From assembly GCF_009914755.1 (NCBI RefSeq), contig NC_060930.1: a DNA stretch of 64,000 nt; one strand, written 5' to 3'. Of this stretch, positions 54,954-64,000 are shown piece by piece. The notes under the pieces are model-generated. The model ran no database searches. It worked only from the letters and a program-made list of their open reading frames with translations, and was not told the DNA's origin. The DNA comes from the human T2T-CHM13v2.0 reference genome, Homo sapiens. Numbering within the stretch: position 1 is the first letter of the stretch; each line of letters starts with the position of its first letter. A program made the position numbers and the translations under genes.

Positions 54954-56618
54954 GGATTTCAGGGTGGCTATTACCTAAGTAAAGGTGGATGGGTTTTTAA
55001 GTTCCTCTGTTTCATTTGTTCACTTCTATTATTCATGTCTCTAGCATGAATCTGCAAGCAGAACCAGTCCCAGTGGAAACTGTGGTGGAGGAGGTTCGAA
55101 ATGACAGGGGGTACATTATGTAAAGCTGCTGTCCTTTTTTTGTCTCCCGGCCGCTCCCAGCCTTGCACTGGGTCTCTCCCTGGTTACAGAGTACAGCATT
55201 CCAGAGAAGAACAGTTTGGCAGAAAATAAAAACATTTGGCATATAGTAAAAATAAACAGAGATCTGCAATGAGGAAATCTTAACCCTGAACAATTCATGG
55301 AGAAAATATCTTCTGGGATATTTGAACCATCAAGAGTTGGGATAATTTAACATATGGGCTATAAAATGAGGAAGAAGGAGACAAATTTAAATGCTTCCTT
55401 TAATTAGAATATCTTGGTGAAATTGGGTTATAGCCTCCTGGGACCAATTGTTTTATTTTATAACTTTTCCTTAAATTTTGTTTTGCATTTTTTTTCACTA
55501 TATCAAGAAAGCCTAGACCAAATAAACTACTGAAACATCTGGGCTCAGAACTATGAGGCCCCCACATAGCTGTCTAAAGCACAAGAAAATCCAGGTTCAA
55601 ATCCCAACTTCACTGCATACTCATGCTGTGACTTGAGGCAAGGGGATAACCCACGCATCAGCGTTTCGATCCTCAAGCTAAGAATAAAAACACCAAGGAT
55701 AGGTTGGTCTGAGGACCAAATTATAGAAATAATATGAAAATGTTAGTCTACTACCTGGTCCACAGGCAACACAGAATAAAATGTTAGCTCTTTATTATAT
55801 CATTTAATTCAAAGAGACCAAAGTCACGTGTAGTGGCATTTGGGCATAGCAGCAGGCACACAGGAAGTCTCATGGCCCAGCAGAATTGCCTTACTTAGCT
55901 TCTCTCTAGAGACAGAGGTGTGGGGCAGCCTTCATTGTGATTAATGAAACAGAGGTTGGCCAAGGTCTATGACAGCACAGGTCTTCCAGTCAGAAGTGAA
56001 CTCCAGGCAGGGGTCCATTCTAGCTCTTGTGTTGACAGCACAATGTAAGAGACACTTAGTCTGTAAGAAACTTGAAATAGCCCATAACCTTCCTCACATC
56101 CTCCACCTCCTACCAAGCTCTGGGGCTGTCCCACTTTGTGCACAGACTGGAAGTTGTGCTTTGTTGACACTGGGGTAACGTAACTGTGCACATCTGCTAA
56201 TGGGCAAGGTGGCCTGGCAGAGGAACGGTCTCAGGGGCTTCCCCTTCTGCAGAAAGGACTGTGGAGCTCACACCCTGAGTTTAGAGAAATGACCAGTCCC
56301 TTTCTTTCTTTCTGTCTGTGCTCTATGGGTTAATCTAACAATACCCATCAAAAGGAAGGAAGAGCCACGAGGGTCTTTTTGTTTTATTTTTAGCAGAGCC
56401 CTCCTTCCTGTCTGGTCTTCCCCAGTCCCTCACTTAGGTCCCACACTCTGTGGTGAGGCAGTCATGCTAATCTGCCTTACAACCAACTTTCCATCATCCT
56501 TACAATTAGGAGTTACTGTAAAAAATAGACCTGGAACAAGGGAATATACATCCTTAAAAAAAAAAAAACAAAAAAAAAAAAACAAAAAAAACAAAAAAAA
56601 AAACAAACCAAAAAACAA

Positions 56619-56947
<329 letters not shown>

Positions 56948-57342
56948 TTATAGGAATTTAGAAGTAATTACAAGTAATTACATCCTCACACTATCCTGAA
57001 AATTCAGTCCATTTCAGTTTTTAAATCAACATTTAAGGAAAATAACTAATATTTGTTGAGCATCAAGGACTTGACCCATTAACATCAAATCTTTAGTAAT
57101 GCTCTATAAGTGAGCTCTATTTTCCGTATTTCATAGGTGAGGAAATGCGTGGCCAAGCTTAACAGAGCTCCAAAATAAAAAGACAGGCATTTGAAACCAT
57201 CTGTGTCCAAAGCTCACACTCATTCCCAAACTCTGCCTGGCTCATCACTAAACCTAACAGCCTCAGCTAAGTGAGATAATCCAGTACCCCTTGGTCAGAA
57301 GTTTCATCTCCCAAGAAAAAGCAGATAAAGCAAATTGCTTTT

Positions 57343-58212
57343 TAAAAAAATTTCCATATGTATTTGGGGAACAGGAGGTGTTGGGTTACAAGAATAAGTT
57401 CTTTAGCAGTGATTTGTGAGATTTTGGTGCACCCATCACCAGAGCAGTATACACTGTACCCAATTTGTACTCTTTTATCCCTCATCCCCCATCCCCCTCC
57501 ACACTTTCCCCCAAGTCCCCAAAGTCCATTGTATCATCTTATGCCTTTGCATCCTCATAGCTTAGCTCCCACTTATGAGTGAGAGCATAAAATGTTTGGT
57601 TTTCCATTCCTGAGTTACTTCACTTAGAATAATGGTCTCCAATTCCCTCCAGGTTGGATGGAAACAATGATAAATAGGTGAGACTTAATTAAACTAAAAA
57701 GTTTCTGCAGAGCAAAAGAAACAATTAGCAGAGTAAACAGACAACCGGCAGAGTGGGAGAAAACTCTTCACAGTCTATACATCAGACAAAGGACTAATAT
57801 CCAGAATCTACAAGGAACTCAAACAAATTAGCCAGAAAAAAACCCAAACAATCCCATCAAAAAATGGGCTAAGGACACGAATAGACAATTCCAAAATAAG
57901 ATATGGAAATGGCCAACAAACACATGACAAAATGTTCAACATCACTAATGATCAGGGAAATGCAAATCAAAACCACAATGCTATACCACCTTACTCCTGC
58001 AAGAATGGCCATAATCAAAAAATCAGAAAATAATTGATATTGGTGGGGATGCGGTGAAAAGGGAACACTTTTACACTGCTGGTTGGAATATAAACGAGTA
58101 CAACCACTATAGAAAACAGTGCAGAGATTCCTTAAAGAACTAAAAGTAGAACTACCATTTGGTCCAGCAATCTCACTACTGGATATCTATCCAGAGGAAA
58201 AGAAGTCATTAT
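57343..58212 (-). mobile_element. L1PB-like element with 5' inversion
   Basis: 3' segment is antisense (57343-57657) and the ORF2-end segment is sense (~57668-58212); TSD gcaaatt(g/a)ctttt at 57330-57342 and 58213-58225. Confidence 0.85.
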
Positions 58213-58395
58213 GCAAATTACTTTTAATAATGAGCTCGTCTCTCAGAGCAGGGCTGGAAATACATGGCCTTTCTGCAGGTGTTGACATACCACAGAATCA
58301 CAGTGGAAAATGATAGAAAACAAAACATCTTACTTCTACTTAACTAGTCATATGCTTTATTAAAAAAAGGATTTTTGAGATTATAACGAATATTA

Positions 58396-58720
<325 letters not shown>

Positions 58721-59563
58721 AAAAAATAGGATTTTTAGTAAAGGAAATTTCGTTTAGATTTATTACAACTAACATGAATATAACATTTTATTTCTCTGAA
58801 AATAATAAAATTGGAATCTGCTGATAGACTGATAGAAAATGTATGCATGTACATACATTTCTATATCTGAAAATATAATCCGTGATGATGCAAAACATTG
58901 CTAGGTAACTTAGTGACTAGATAGAGGACTACATATTCAGCTTGCTGAACCATATAATGTGGGCTAGTTGTTAGCTCTGTCTTCATGCTGATTTTCCTAA
59001 ATGGTATTTAAAGAACACTTGAGATTTTTAAAATTCCTTCTCCTTGCTCTTGCTGTAGCTAGGTACATATTTGTTTTATATGTTTTCTTTTTAGGAGGAG
59101 GCTAATTTTTAAAAATACAGAAAACAATACAAATAACAAAAAAGCAATAATTCATAAAGCCACTACCCACTGGTATCTGTTTTAATGTCTATGGCTTTAT
59201 ATTTTATTTTGGTAAATGATAGCATCTGTCTTCTTTCTTTGTTGATCTTCACACAGTTGCCTTGGCTTTTTGGCACATTTAAGAATTTAATAATCAATTA
59301 TGTTTTAAAAAAATCCCTTGATGATTTTGATTGATATAGCAGTTATACAGTAATTTGAGAAGAAATTGAGTCTTGCCATCCATGAATGTGGTATAGCTCT
59401 TCACTATTCAAGTCATCTCTCATTTCATATTTAATTAAAACTTTCTCTATAAAGGTCTTGAAGATTTTTCTTAGATTTATTCCTATTTTGAATTTTTTGC
59501 AATTGCAAACTAGATCTTATTTTTACATTTTAAAACTTTTGTTATTTCCAATTTTTAAATTAA

Positions 59564-59917
<354 letters not shown>

Positions 59918-62179
59918 TGCTTTTCTCTATTTTTAAATTTAGTGATTGATTTATGTATTAATCTCTCTTGTTTTGTAATAATTGCATATAAAGTGTATAA
60001 TATTTTATAACCTGGGCTAGTTTTGAAGTTTTATATTTAATAGCAAAACAAGAGATTCCATTTTAAATAGTAAATTTACTTTAATAACATGATTAAAAGT
60101 TTTGCCATAATTGTATTTAAAGGTTTTGAAAACCAAGATAAAGTTTGTGCATGCAAGTATCTGTAGCTGAAAAAAAATTAAGGTAGTGGTTTTACAAACC
60201 AGGGTGGTATGTATCACTTGTGCAATGACATCAGTACATGAGAATCTTTTTTGTTTCTATGAAAGTACTGATGTTGCATCATCTACTTATTAAGTAATTG
60301 TTCTTTTTTTTTAAAATCTATTTTTGGGTTAAAACAAGATTGCCATCTTTCCTTGGATGGTTTTTCACATTGAATTACTGTTTCATCATCCGTTAGCCTA
60401 TTGTGGATTTGATTTGGAATAAGCAACTGATCAATAGAAGAAGACAAATGCTTATATTTCACTGCAATTTTAAGAAATATTGCCCACGTTGTTATCATTT
60501 TGCTATAATAGAACATTAAAATGTTAAAAATTTTAAATGTAAAAAACTCTTCTCATCAATCTTAATTGTACTTATTTTTGTTATAAATGGTTACTTAATG
60601 AATAGATACTAAAAATTTTAAGTCAATTTAAATTGATTTTATTACTTTTTCATCCACTGCATACAAAATTTGTTACAATACTTGGAAAACAGTTTTTGAA
60701 GTAATTGAAATTTATTCCTGTCTTACACATGTCAATGGAGTAGATTTTTAGGTTCAAATAAAAATTCTGAAGACTTAGACTCAATATTTGTAGAGGGAAG
60801 AATCTTTGGAATTCCATGAATTTAAAAAATCTTCAAAATATATTTAAACATATTCAATATATAACAGAAAAATTCCATGAACAAAATCTCAAACCATTTT
60901 TTATTTATAAAAGTTATACTTTTGTTCAATGTAGACAATTTGAAAACACAAAAAAAGAAAAAAAGCAAACTTTTGGGTAATTAATGAGAATTTTGAAAAG
61001 ATTTTGAGAATAACTTCTCTGTTTGTGGGTATAAACTTTAAAATTTATGATTCCACCCTTGGCCTAGAGTGTGAGGTCCAGCATGGGCCAGATTCCTCTT
61101 AGGCTGATCCTAGCATGCTCCTTCCTCTGGTCTTTTTTCCATCCATGTTTGACCCTAATGTGTCTTTCCTGGCCTTCATGAGTTTTCGCCTGGTCCCTGT
61201 CGAGCTGTCCTGCATAAGAGCTTGCATTCTGGGGCCGGTCTACTTGGGGTTAAGTGTCAGTTTCTCCACTTAACCTTAGTGGGACATTGGGCAAGTCTTC
61301 TAACCTCTGCTGGTACCCTCATCTGTAAGATGATTGTAACAATAGCAGTGTGTATTTAACTGCTATTTAACTAAATAATGGCTGTATTTAACTCGCCATT
61401 TGACAAGTCTGGGCGATACGATGTTTGTGCACACGAGGCAAGCAAAGACCTGACACATCCTTGTGAGGCTAGGTTTGCCCTCTTGCATTTCAGTTGTCAT
61501 TAGAAACACATGCCCTGAGTATCCATCCTGCTGGTCCTAGAAGAATAACAGACACTAGAGAATGCCTGAACTTAACCTGTGTTGGGCACCCAAGCCCACC
61601 GGGTCCAGCGGAATGCTAGACAACCTGGAGATGCCTGAATAAGATGCAAATGCTTGTTTTCATGAGCTACTGTGTTTTGAGATGGTTTATTCTGTGTCAT
61701 TTTTGTGACACTAGCCAATTAAAACAGTACCTGCTGCATAGAGGTATTATAAAGGTAATTAGGCACTGTGTCTAAAGTACTTCAGAGCTTATCACAAAGT
61801 CACAGCTTAGTGAGTGTTGGGTTTTTGAGCTCAGTTTCCAAACCGCTGTGTCATGTCCTGCCTCCCTAACTGTTTCCTCCCAGTGGGCTGATTTTTCCAC
61901 CTTGGGACTCCTTTGTGAAAGGCACACAACGCAGCTATGGTGGCAATGCACCTGGCCTGATTCCTGGGACCAGCCTCTCCTCACATGCAGCCCCAGAGTC
62001 AGAGGGCAGATGCCTGTGGATGAGATTCTTTATGGATACAATCATTTCATAGTTTCAGATAGTTAAAGTGAGAACACTACTCATATCAGAAACACTTAGA
62101 AAGATTCTAGAAATAATTTTCTTTCTACCATTTTTTTCCCTTGCCAGTATTCACCTGAGCAGTGAAGATAATCTCTGGT

Positions 62180-63733
<1,554 letters not shown>

Positions 63734-64000
63734 TATTTTAAATGTAATCTACTGTTCCTGTGGATGGAGGTGACTTTTTCCATGAAGCCAACAATCTCAA
63801 GAAAAAAATTGTTAAATAATATGTAAAATGAAAGTTAACATCAGCTTTCTACTTCCTTAAGATGTCAAAAATAAGCCAGAATTTTTTAAACAAAGTTTAA
63901 TAATTCATCTAAGTAAGTTGTCACTTGACAAATGGCAACATACCGTGAGGGAGTATTATAACTCTGGGACTTGGGCAGGCATGCAAGGTGCGATGAAGAA

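Overview
This is primate (almost certainly human) genomic DNA containing the complete TAGAP gene (T-cell activation RhoGAP) on the minus strand at about 10.1-20.7 kb. I reconstructed 10 exons by hand with GT/AG boundaries. The nine coding segments (27+54+67+167+162+110+196+115+1298 = 2196 nt) give 731 aa plus stop. The rest is repeat-rich non-coding DNA: Alus (many with visible TSDs), L1 fragments including a 5'-inverted copy, MaLR/ERVL LTRs, and MER DNA transposons. The ~43 kb upstream of TAGAP is known as an autoimmune-GWAS region. I found no prokaryotic-type system (CRISPR, operon) and no second protein-coding gene. The best leads are regulatory and structural: a candidate spliced antisense transcript crossing TAGAP exon 5 and the promoter; an unexplained 172-bp dispersed duplication with a near-identical core; a tandem duplication that doubles an AP-1 site; intronic polyadenylation truncating the GAP domain; a start-stop uORF with a weak first AUG; and docking motifs in the TAGAP tail. 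Repeat subfamily names and locus facts come from memory and were not checked by search.
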